DNA of 64,000 nucleotides from Eledone cirrhosa (Eukaryota): NCBI GenBank assembly GCA_964016885.1, contig OZ024760.1, positions 14,570,001 to 14,634,000 of the forward strand, read 5' to 3'. Shown piece by piece: positions 1 to 11,707 of this stretch (position 1 is its first letter; each line of letters starts with the position of its first letter). The notes under the pieces were generated by a model. It saw only the letters and a program-made list of their open reading frames with translations, ran no database searches and was not told where the DNA came from. The position numbers and the translations under genes were made by a program.

Positions 1-250
1 GATTGTGAGCTGTGTGTGTGTGTGTCTGTGTGTGTGCGGGTGTATGTGCGTGTGCGTGTGCGTGTGTGTGTGTATATATATATATATATATTGTTATACT
101 TGGGGAGGGTTATATTGTTATAATATTGCCAGAAATAATAACAGAACACAATCACTGTTTGGTTTGGGTTAGTTTTCGCTTCTGAATCTTTTATAACTCT
201 ATAGTTAATTTATTTGTGCGTGTGTGTGTGTATATGTATATATCTATATA

Positions 251-584
251 TCATCATTTCATTTTACGTCCGCTTTTCCCTGCTTGCAAGGGTGGGACGG
301 GAACTGATTCTGGCTTGATTTCTACAGCTGGATGCCCTTCCTAACACCAACCTAATTTACAGTGAGTGCTGGGTGCCTTTGTGCCATGGCACCTCCACAA
401 CCACTTTGCAGTGGAATGATATGGACCCCAGTCCCTATCATCTCATTTCTACAGCTGAGTAAACTGGAGCAATGTGAAATAAAGTGTCTTGCTCAAGGAA
501 ACAACACATCACCCGGTCTGAGAATTGAACTCCCAACCTTTCGATTGCAAGCCCAATGCTCTAACCACTAAGCCATGTGCCTCC
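251..584 (-). mobile_element. tRNA-derived CORE-type SINE with RTE tail
   Basis: A/B-box head, CCTTGAGCAAGACACTT..CAGTTTACTCAGCTGTAGAAATG core, 3' end matching RTE 54477-54520. Confidence 0.85.
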
Positions 585-749
585 ATTTGATATATGTCAT
601 ATGAAATGATACAGCCAATTTTCCACACAATACAATTAGTTAGCACCCCGAACGTTTCATTAGGAATATACTCAGGTATTTCCTAATGTTTGTTGAGTGA
701 GTTGGAATTTGGCCGGAGTATCGCTATTAGCTTTCTCCGATTATGTATT

Positions 750-784
<35 letters not shown>

Positions 785-1813
785 GTACTTATGTATATAT
801 ATATATATGTACTTATGTATATATATTGCTTATTGATTAGGCGATATCCGCTGATGAAGCCGCATAAGTCGATTGTGCATTGTTGCATAATATATGCAGA
901 CAGATGGTGCAGTGCACCTTACTGCTGCATTAAGTGCGGCCTAACTCGAGTCCTTATAGGCACCCATTTTACGTGTGTTGTATTGAAGCGAATAACTATG
1001 TGTATACTCTGGGAATGTATCTTACATTGCCTATTGAGTACGCTGAGATACAACCGGTCCTGGCATTGATAAATATGCTGGGTCCGTCAACTCCTTATTA
1101 TATCGGTAGAGAGTCGGACGCCATGCTTTGATGCATAGAGTTATGGCCCTTGCCATTCTGAGTTCAAATCCCGCCGAGGATTACTTTGGCTTTCATCCTT
1201 ACAGGGTCGATAAAATAAAGTACCAGTAATACACTGGGTATTTGCTGGCCTTGTGCCAAAAGTAGAAACAATTATATATATATATATATATAATCTATCT
1301 ATCTCTCTATATATATATATAATCTATCTATCTATATATATATATATATATAAATATATATATATAAAGAGAGAGAGATAGATGTGGTTGGTGTTAGAGT
1401 GGGCATCCAGCTATAGTAATCTAGCCAGAAACAGTTCTGTATGAGCAGGATACAGTCACATGACCCAACCTGCCACAAATGGAACAAGCCGTCTAACCCA
1501 TGCTAACCCATGGTGCTGATGATATATATGTATATATAATCTAGCCAGAAACAGTTCTATATGAGCAAGACACGGTCACCTGATCCAAGTTGCCTCTAAT
1601 GGGACAACCCATCTAACCCATGCTAGCATGGAAGATGGCTGTTATACAATGATGATGATGATTAATATATATATTCTGGCAGCCAGCTGGTGTCATTTAT
1701 ATTATAAATTTTCTTTTGGGCTTTCTCATATCATTTCACTCAACAAACACACTGACATATATTTTGACATTTATCTTAAAATAACTATATATGCAGAGAA
1801 TAGCATGTGTGTT

Positions 1814-1886
<73 letters not shown>

Positions 1887-2033
1887 TTGTGTATTTACAT
1901 ATATATATAAGCGTATAAATATATATATTATCATCATCGTTTTTACGTACACTTTTGCATGCTTATATATATATGTGTTGATTTAAAACTTCACTGCTCA
2001 CAAGTGTTTTTTAAGCTTCTTATCATGTCTCCC

Positions 2034-2104
2034 TATTTTATCTGATGAGAACGCAGATATCATCCCATGAGGATATTTATTTTTGAAATGCGCATAATAA
2101 AATA
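2034..2104 (+). ncRNA. Minimal type-I hammerhead ribozyme motif
   Basis: TATTTTAT-CTGATGA-stem II-GAAA-TGCGCA-TA-ATAAAATA; perfect 8-bp stem I. Confidence 0.7.
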
Positions 2105-2139
2105 CTTGGAACTCTTTTAACCATCTTTTGATCTTATAT

Positions 2140-2203
<64 letters not shown>

Positions 2204-2518
2204 AAAGTTATATTTAAATTGTTGGGTTACAACTAGTAAATATTTATAACTGATATAAAAGCACTCGACAAATATTTGGAGTATATTTACAATATTAAAT
2301 AAATGGAAACTATATTTATAAAACCATATTTATTTCATTATATATATTTCAGGGATATCATATTAACAATATGCTATGCCTTCCTCAGACAAAATACAAT
2401 ATAAACAGTTTTATAGATAAATAGATTCGACATACCGTAACAACATCAACCTTTTCAAATACAAGTCGATGTTGTTACGGTATGTCGAATCTATTTATCT
2501 ATAAAACTGTTTATATTG

Positions 2519-2584
2519 TATTTTGTCTGAGGAAGGCATAGCATATTGTTAATATGATATCCCTGAAATATATATAATGAAATA
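2519..2584 (+). ncRNA. Minimal hammerhead motif in palindrome 2288-2627 (mirror on minus)
   Basis: TATTTTGT-CTGAGGA-stem II-GAAA-TATATA-TA-ATGAAATA. Confidence 0.6.
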
Positions 2585-2625
2585 AATATGCTTTTATAAA
2601 TATAGTTTCCATTTATTTAATATTG

Positions 2626-2657
<32 letters not shown>

Positions 2658-3254
2658 ATATTATATATATATATATTATATATATATATATTATATATAT
2701 ATATATATGAAAAAACTCAGGACCCTGACAACTGAGCTCCGGCTGTTTCAACAACTAGATCTGAACAGTTTGAATCTAGCTGTTGAAACAGCTGCAGCTC
2801 AGCCGTCAGGGTCCTGAATTTTTTCATATTACCAACTCTACTCCCCCACGTATCGAGTACTCTGGTGAGTAATGGTCTAACTGGTTTTTACAACCTCCAA
2901 TATGATATATATATATATAAGCATGAAAAAGTGGACGTAAAAACAATGATGATGACGATATGTATATACTCTTATATATATATATATATATATACACTTC
3001 TATATACACCCTTATATATATATATGTAGCCTAATATATATATATTTTATACAAATATCTCTATATATATATATATATTATATATGATAAACTTAGGAAA
3101 ATTAACAAAGAGAAGACAAGACAACAATATGCATGCATTTGTATGCGTGCATTACACATAAATGCACTCTTGCATACTATAAATGGTAAAGATTTCTTAT
3201 GGCAAACAGAAGTAATACAATTAAGCATACAAAGCATTGTTTTTCGAATGAAAA

Positions 3255-3560
3255 CATAGTTTCCTTGGTTTGATCTGATGCTCTGGTGACAGTATCAACA
3301 ATGGAAAAACCAATGGAATATAGTTTCCTTGGTCTGATCTGATGATCTTCGGGTAGTATCAGTGGTTTGATCTGATGATCTGTAGACAGTATCAACAATG
3401 GAAACAGTTTCCTTGGTCTGATCTGATAATCTTCAGATGGTATCAACAATGGAAAAAAAACAATGGAAATGTTATTTATGTGGTTTGATCTGATGATCTG
3501 TAGATAGTATCTACAATAGAAAAACCAATGGAAACATAGTTTCTTGGTCTGATCTTATGA
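3255..3560. repeat. Degenerate minisatellite, unit about 60-65 bp
   Basis: Repeated GTTTCCTTGGTCTGATCTGATGATC..GTATCAACAATGGAAA. Confidence 0.8.
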
Positions 3561-4082
3561 TCAGCTCCTTTCTTTTCTTGTTTTCATTTTTTTTCTTCTT
3601 TTTGTCTGTTTGCTCTATCAGGTCTGTTCTTATGACTAAGCCACTGTAACAACGATAACAATGGCATAATGAACAGGTGTTCCACAACAAATATCAGTGA
3701 GTTTCTATGGCTACAAAAAAATAAAGTGACCAAAGTGCTCAAATGGGGTGTAATTTTTATAAAACATCTTTGACTTTATTGTAAATCAATACAACAAATA
3801 TCAATATCACCAAAGAAACAAGAAGAAGTGATGTGAGTGACTGGTGACATGACTGTGAAAAATAAGCATTTACTGATATAATCAATACTGCAGATTAATT
3901 GCTGATAATTTGAAATAAAGAGAGTCAGTGGGGGAAGAGATACATATACATACATATACATATGTACTGTATTGCTGTATGCTTTGCATGTTTTTATTTC
4001 ATATTCATAAGTGTGTATATATATGTGTGCGTGCATTTGTATATGTATCTCTCTCTCTCTATATATATATATATATACATAA

Positions 4083-4125
<43 letters not shown>

Positions 4126-4920
4126 CATATATATATAGAGAGAGAATTCACAAGAATCAAAGCTATGTTCAAAGCATTTATTCACTTACAATTGTTTCAT
4201 CCAAACCTAGGCTTGGAGTCTTCGGAGCATTTTTTAATGCTTGTACATATAATTGACCTCCTATCCAATGCAAGATACATACAGATACATATATATATCT
4301 TTTTCTGCACACATACTTTTTTGATCTATACAAAAAATACCTTCCCACTACAACCACCATAATACTCTTGCTTACCCGCTTAAAGTGCTTGTATTACATG
4401 TAATACCTTGCCACATAATACTTGTATATAAATGAGACACACTTGCATGCTCCTTGTATGACTAATGCATACACTATCTACTAGATCTGATTATCGAACT
4501 ATCCTCTTGCATTATCTGTGTTACCTGCAGCATGTATTTTAATTTTGATTTTAAATTTGAATTGCTATACAAATATAGTATAGTATAATATATGTCACTC
4601 CACTGTACGTCAATATATATATCTGTATCTGTATGTCTCTTGCATTGGATAGGAGGTCAATTATATGTACAAGCATTAAAAAATGCTCCGAAGACTCCAA
4701 GCCTAGGTTTGGATGAAACAATGGTAAGTCAATAAATGCTTTGAACATAGCTTTGAATCTTGTGAATTCTATATAACTGCTCTGTAGAACAACTGATGTT
4801 CTTACATTGAGCTATTTATCTTACTGGTAATAAGGTAGTAATAAATTAGTGACCTTCCCTGTTTATAGTTTAAAATATACATAACTATAAAAAGTTTAAA
4901 ATATACATAATTATTAATAT

Positions 4921-4991
<71 letters not shown>

Positions 4992-4992
4992 T

Positions 4993-5030
<38 letters not shown>

Positions 5031-5782
5031 TATAAATTCACATATATATATACATATATATATATATACATATATATATCTCTCTATATATATATATACA
5101 TATATATATATATCTACGCACACATATATATATATATATGTGTATGTACATATTTATATATATATATATATATATACAGATATATATATATACATATATA
5201 TATATTGTTATACTTGGGGAGGGTCATATTGTTGTAATAATATTGCCAGAAATAATAACGGAACACACTCACTGTTTGGTTGGTTTTCTCATCTGCATCT
5301 TTTATATCTCCATAGTTAATTAATTTGGCCATCAATGTTTATCATTGACTGACCAACGGTCAAAAATACAGATATAAACATATATATACACACATATATA
5401 TATATGTATATATATATATGTGTATATATATATATCATCATCATCATCATCATTTTACGTCCGCTTTTCCCTGCTATTTATGAATATATATAAGGATTTC
5501 TAACTTTAATTTTATACCTAATTGTGTATGGTTAACCGTATATTTAATCGATTTCCACGTGCTGTTGAAATGTTGGGTAAATATTCTATGGCGGTTGGCC
5601 GCGAAGAGATTGCTGTTGTTTATTTATTTACTATTTCATCTGCCTTTTAATCTTATAGCCTTTTAATCTAATTGATTTTATGTGTTGTTAATTATGCTAA
5701 TTGGGAGAGGAAATGGTGTATATATATTATCAAATGATTCTATGGACATACTTTATAGTATATATATATTTATATATATATG

Positions 5783-5833
<51 letters not shown>

Positions 5834-5902
5834 GTATATATATATATGTATATATATATATATACATGCATATATATATATATATATATATATATGTATC
5901 GT

Positions 5903-6193
5903 TTCATTTTCATTTCATTTTACGTCCGCTTTTTCCCTGCTTGCAAGGGTGGGACAGGAACTGATTCTGGCTTGATTTCTACAGTGAGTGCTGGGTGCTT
6001 TTTTGCCGTGGCACCTCCATGACCACTTCACAGTGGAATGATATGGACCCCAGTCCATATCATCTCATTTCTACAGCAGAGTATACTGGAGCAATGTGAA
6101 ATAAAGTGTCTTGCTCATCACCCGGTCTGAGAATTGAACTCACAACCTTTCGATTGCAAGACTAATGCTCTAACTACTAAGCCATATGCCTCC
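5903..6193 (-). mobile_element. CORE-type SINE copy
   Basis: Similar to 251-584. Confidence 0.85.
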
Positions 6194-6430
6194 ATTGTAT
6201 GTATATATATAAAATATATATATATATAAAATATATATATATATATAAAATATATAAAATATATATATATGCAAAAGTTTTATATAAAATTGTTGGGTTA
6301 CAACAAGTAAATATTTTATAACTGATGTAAAGCACTCAACAAGTTTTGGATTTTTAATATGGTATCCCCGAAATATGTATAATGAAATAAATATGGTTTT
6401 ATAAATATAGTTTCCATTTGTTTAATATCG

Positions 6431-6461
<31 letters not shown>

Positions 6462-6508
6462 TTAAATATATATATATATATATATATAAAATATATATAT
6501 ATATATAT

Positions 6509-6590
<82 letters not shown>

Positions 6591-6600
6591 TATATAATAT

Positions 6601-6647
<47 letters not shown>

Positions 6648-6981
6648 TATATATTAGAAAGTGTTTTTTTTTACAAAATGAAAAATAACCGAGGTGTCCT
6701 ACACGAGTGAAAGTATAAAGAAAAAAAGATGAAATCGAAAATGCAACTGGAGTCTTATTTTTAAAAAAATATATATATTTATTTGGTTCTTATACCGGTT
6801 TCGCAGTTCTTCTGCTTTTCAAAAGTAGAGTTGAGATGGAGGGTCTGTGGTTTTTCTCACATCTGTAAAGGAACCAAATAAATATATATATATTTTTTTA
6901 AATAAGACTCCAGTTTCATTTTCGATTTCATCTTTTTTTCTTTATATATATATATATATAAAATATATATATATATATATA

Positions 6982-7027
<46 letters not shown>

Positions 7028-7395
7028 TATATATACATATATTTATATCAGAATTATGATGACGTAGACAACCAGCGGCCAATAACAGGACGCGCGAAGA
7101 GGATGAAGTTTTTGACAGAGAGAGAGAGAGGGAGAGGGAGAAAGTTATAATTCTTTAATTGTGATGGAAGGTAAAGGTGTTATTTTACCTTTTGTAGGTA
7201 AGGAGATAAGTAGTGGGAGGTGAGGTAATAGTAACATGTGCTGATGGTGGTGGAGGCGGGGGTTATTTATTGATATATTGAGTGAGCAGGTGTTAGTTGT
7301 GGGGGGGGGGGGGTTGTCATGGTCTGTTTCTATGGAAAAATTAATATGAAAAAGCTGTCAAGTTAAGCATGTGTAAACAATTATATTCACCAGTC

Positions 7396-7623
7396 TTAAC
7401 CCTTTAACATTTACATTACTCTATATTTACTATTATATTTTCATGGTAAAGGCTTTATCTTATATAATATCTCCCATAATATCAAATCTATGAGATTTTG
7501 ATTTTAATTATGTTGAGAACAATACCTTAACATCACTATGAGTGGCCAGTTATGGCCGGTTTGAATCGAAAGAGGTGAGAGAATTCTGGTTGGATATAGC
7601 CGGTTTAAATGCCAAAGGGTTAA
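7396..7623. mobile_element. piggyBac-type MITE copy
   Basis: TTAACCCTTT..AAAGGGTTAA. Confidence 0.85.
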
Positions 7624-7925
7624 CATATGATTCTATATTAAAATTATGTTTGGAAGATTTTAATTTAAATAGGATCTCTTTAACCCTTTTGTTCCCATCT
7701 AATACATAATGATTGGAGAACTGGGAGACTGTGTCCTTTATATATTTTCTGAACACGTTATTAAAATAAGTTGGATTACTTTGAATAGATGAATGAATAT
7801 TATGTAATTTATCTACTAAATTTCTTAGCTCTTGCTTAATCATAAACATTCTTATATATAATGTATTGCTTATTTCAAGATTCACTTCTTTTAAAATTTT
7901 CAAATGTCAACATTTCCGTTAGCGT

Positions 7926-8150
7926 CCGTTAAATCATAACACTTTACCCTACACTAGATTTGTATCGCTAATATAAACATTAATATATTTACACCGTTAA
8001 ATCATAACACTTCACCCTACACTAGATTTGTATCGCTAATATAAACATTAATATATTTACACCGTTAAATCATAACACTTCACCCTACGCTAGATTTGCA
8101 TCGTTAATATAAATGTTCATATATTTGCATTGTTATATCATAACATTTAT
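7926..8150. repeat. 68-bp tandem repeat, about 3 copies
   Basis: CCGTTAAATCATAACACTT..ATATATTTACA. Confidence 0.85.
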
Positions 8151-8360
8151 ATTTCCGTCGCTAATCTCATTTGCTTCCCTCCCATTTCCATAACATTTCA
8201 CCATAATGCAGTTTATATATAATATCGTCTTTTTTAAATATATCAAGGATTACTTTATTGATTGCAGTAGAGAGTGTAACGGTCTCTTTTTAATTTCTGT
8301 GCTTATTGTCAATTACGATTTTATTTTATGTATCATATCTAAATGCATATATATTTGCAT

Positions 8361-8702
8361 GGAGGCACATGGCTTAGTGGCTAGAGCATTGGTCGTGCAA
8401 TCGAAAGGTTGTGAGTTCAATTCTCAGAACGAGTGATGTGTTGTTTCCTTGAGAAAGACACTTTATTTCACATTGCTCCAGTTTACTCAGCTGTAGAAAT
8501 GAGATGATAGGGACTGGGGTTCATATCATTCCACGCGAAGTGGTCGTGGAGGTGCCACGGCAAAAAAGCACCCAGCACTCACTGTAAATGAGGTTGGTGT
8601 TAGGAAGGGCATCCAGCTGTAGAAATCAAGCCAGAATCAGTTCCTGTCCCACCCTTGCAAGCAGGGAAAAAGCGGACGTAAAATGAAATGATGATGATGA
8701 TG
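8361..8702 (+). mobile_element. Full-length CORE-type SINE
   Basis: TGGCTTAGTGG A box, GTTCAATTC B box, core, RTE-derived body and tail, (GAT)n. Confidence 0.9.
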
Positions 8703-8839
8703 AAATGATATAATATGAATATGTACACTCCACAAGCTAGCAGAAAAGCCTCCTGAAGGGTGATTTTTCTGCTAGTATTTCTAATTATGCGTTCTTTGCA
8801 TAAAACAAGAAATGTGCTCTACAAGAAGATAGGTATATC

Positions 8840-9350
8840 ATCATAATCATCATCATCATCACCATCATCATCATCATCCGGCGGCCTCAGCCGAAATGGA
8901 CTCAACAATTGATCTCCACGTGGGTCTGTCCTTCATTGCCGTTGCAAAGTCCTGGATTTCAATACCAGAATCTCTGGAGATGACATCGGGATAGGAGAGC
9001 TTGCGCCCCCTGTCATTAGTGACTGTTTGTGGTTTCCAAAGCACTAATGGGGACACAGCCTCATAGGTGGCACAAACACAGATGCCAGCAAATCGGGACA
9101 GGAGAGCTTGCACCCCCTATTATTAGTGACTGCTTGTGGTTTCCACAGAACTAATGGGGGCACAGCCTCATAGTGGCACGATGGCAGTAGCCAGCAAATC
9201 TTACTCTCCTTTTACGTACAACAACAGATATGCGTGGGAGGTCAGCATATATCTCTCTCAAAGTCAGATGTCGCCAGCTTATGTTCTGAATGCATTGAAG
9301 CAAGCGAATGTAGATGCCTTCAAGGTGCTTTTGTTGTTTGGATGAAAGCA
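8840..9350 (-). mobile_element. Degenerate RTE-like LINE 3' fragment with internal duplication
   Basis: RRVRFAGYC, GRKLSYPDVI..DRPTWRSIV; (GAT)n tail. Confidence 0.7.
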
Positions 9351-10025
9351 TCTATGTTTCACGATATATCAGATAACAGGTATATTATATAAAAGGACAA
9401 AGATCCTTTGTATGAACATCAATCATTATTACAACATCTTTATTCATTATTGTATTGTACATATTTTATTATGTTTTGTTTAAAATAAATGAGAAAATTA
9501 TACAATAACTTTTGAAAATTTTGGAATTTTCTGACAAAACTAAATTTTACGACAACAATGTTTTTGAGGGATGCTGCTGCACTTCCACACATCACCAGCA
9601 ATACACCACTATCCACCACCCTGCAAGAGACGGGGGCAGGGCTGGGTAAATAATAATATTAAGTTATGGTTATTAAAAAAGAATAAAAAAGAAAAAAACG
9701 AAGGAAGATATGGGTGGGGGGTTCAGACATTCCACTCTTACCAGGACAACATATTTTAATTTTACCTAGCTATACATATATTTGTTGCAATAACATATAA
9801 TTGTTTCTACTTTTGGCACAAGGCCAGCAATTACCCAGTACATTACTGGTACTTTATTTTATCGACCCCATAAGGATGAAAGGATGAACTCAGAATGGCA
9901 AGGGCTGTAACTCTATGCGTCAAAGCATGGCATCCGACCCTCTACCGATACTGCCAATTCACCGCCCTTATATATATATATATATATAATCATCATCATC
10001 GTCCATCTTCCACGCTAGCATGGGT

Positions 10026-10062
<37 letters not shown>

Positions 10063-10164
10063 TTATGTATGAGTGAGACACGATCTCCCGACCATTCCCG
10101 CATCAAATGGATCAAAACTGTCTAACCCATGCTAGCGTGGAACATGGACATTAAACAATGATGA

Positions 10165-10202
10165 TGATATATATAATATATATATCTATACACACACACA
10201 TA

Positions 10203-10259
<57 letters not shown>

Positions 10260-10324
10260 ATACACACACATATATATATATACACACATATATATATACA
10301 CACACACATATATATATAGACATA

Positions 10325-10356
<32 letters not shown>

Positions 10357-10368
10357 CACATATGTGTG

Positions 10369-10408
<40 letters not shown>

Positions 10409-10414
10409 TATGTG

Positions 10415-10466
<52 letters not shown>

Positions 10467-10633
10467 TATGTGTATGTATATATATATATTTATATATATA
10501 GATATATATATATATGCACATATATATGTGTATTATGTATGTATATATATATATATACATACACATATATATGTGTATATATATATATATATATACATAT
10601 ATGTGTATATATATATACATATATATGTGTATG

Positions 10634-10667
<34 letters not shown>

Positions 10668-10765
10668 TATGTGTATGTATATATATATGTATATATATAC
10701 ACATATATATGTGTATGTATATATATATATACATACACATATATATGTGTATATATATATACATG

Positions 10766-10811
<46 letters not shown>

Positions 10812-10831
10812 TATGTGTATATATATACATG

Positions 10832-10881
<50 letters not shown>

Positions 10882-11060
10882 TATGTGTATATATACATAT
10901 ATATGTGTATATATATATATACATGCACATATATATGTGTATATATATATATACATGCACATATATATGTGTATATATATATATATATATACATACACAT
11001 ATATATGTCTATATATATGTGTGTGTGTGTATATATATATATATACACACATACACACAT
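10165..11060. repeat. Large compound (TA)n/(CA)n/(TG)n microsatellite
   Basis: About 900 bp; source of many YI-repeat ORFs. Confidence 0.95.
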
Positions 11061-11339
11061 GTATTTGTTTATGTCTTGTAACACTGTTGTTAGAGTAAAA
11101 GAAAGATTAATAAAATAAGTACTGCGTTTGATATGATCGACAAAACCCCTTTTTTAATGTGGTGCCCCAGCATGACCACAGTCTAACGAGTGAAACTAAT
11201 GAAAGATTTACAGAATATAGTTATAATTGGAATAAGAATAAAAACAACAACAGCAACAACAAGAAGATAAATGACAAAAACAAGGACAACTCTCGTAGAA
11301 TAGTCGACATAATTGGGTAGGGATGAAGCATTTGTTGGA

Positions 11340-11580
11340 AGGTGGTGGTGGTGGTGGTGGTGGTGGTGGTCACTTCTGGCAGAGTAGCAGAGGGTGGTGC
11401 TGTAGGAGGAGGAGGAGGAGGGGAAGAAGGGGGAGGGGAAGAAGGGGGAGGGGAAGAAGGAGGAAGAGGAGGGGGAGGAGGGAAAGAAGGGGGCGGGGAA
11501 GAAGAAGGAGTAGGAGGAGGAGGGAAAGAAGAAGGAGGAGAAGATGTCAGAGAAGAAGAAGAAGAAGAAGAAGAAGAAGT
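11340..11580. repeat. (GGT)n then (GGA/GAA)n purine tract
   Basis: Directly visible; lies just 3' of the peptide-gene stop. Confidence 0.9.
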
Positions 11581-11592
11581 TACAGCTGGAAA

Positions 11593-11707
11593 TCAATCAT
11601 AGTATCTGTTGCGGTAATTGTAGCGATAGTTCTTCCAGCGATTTTGACAGTTAATTTTTTGTCCATGGCCGTCATAGAACATTGGATAACATCTGCAGTA
11701 GTCAGGG
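11593..11707 (-). CDS. Secreted peptide exon 3 (terminal)
   Basis: TTTTATCTTCAG|..[27 protein letters not shown]. Confidence 0.8.

Noticed and set aside
3255-3560. Tandem CTGATGA..GAAA units resembling a hammerhead satellite
   Set aside because: No convincing stem I or stem II pairing around the core words
7550-7903. 117-aa AT-rich ORF
   Set aside because: Runs into a MITE, no recognisable motif or splice support
8361-8432. tRNA gene
   Set aside because: tRNA-like SINE head without a proper acceptor stem, continuing into SINE body; many dispersed copies
10122-11118. Long YI/HT/CV-repeat ORFs (also about 16930-17530, 25130-25625, 42808-43264, 50137-50473)
   Set aside because: Translations of (TA)n/(CA)n microsatellites, which lack stop codons
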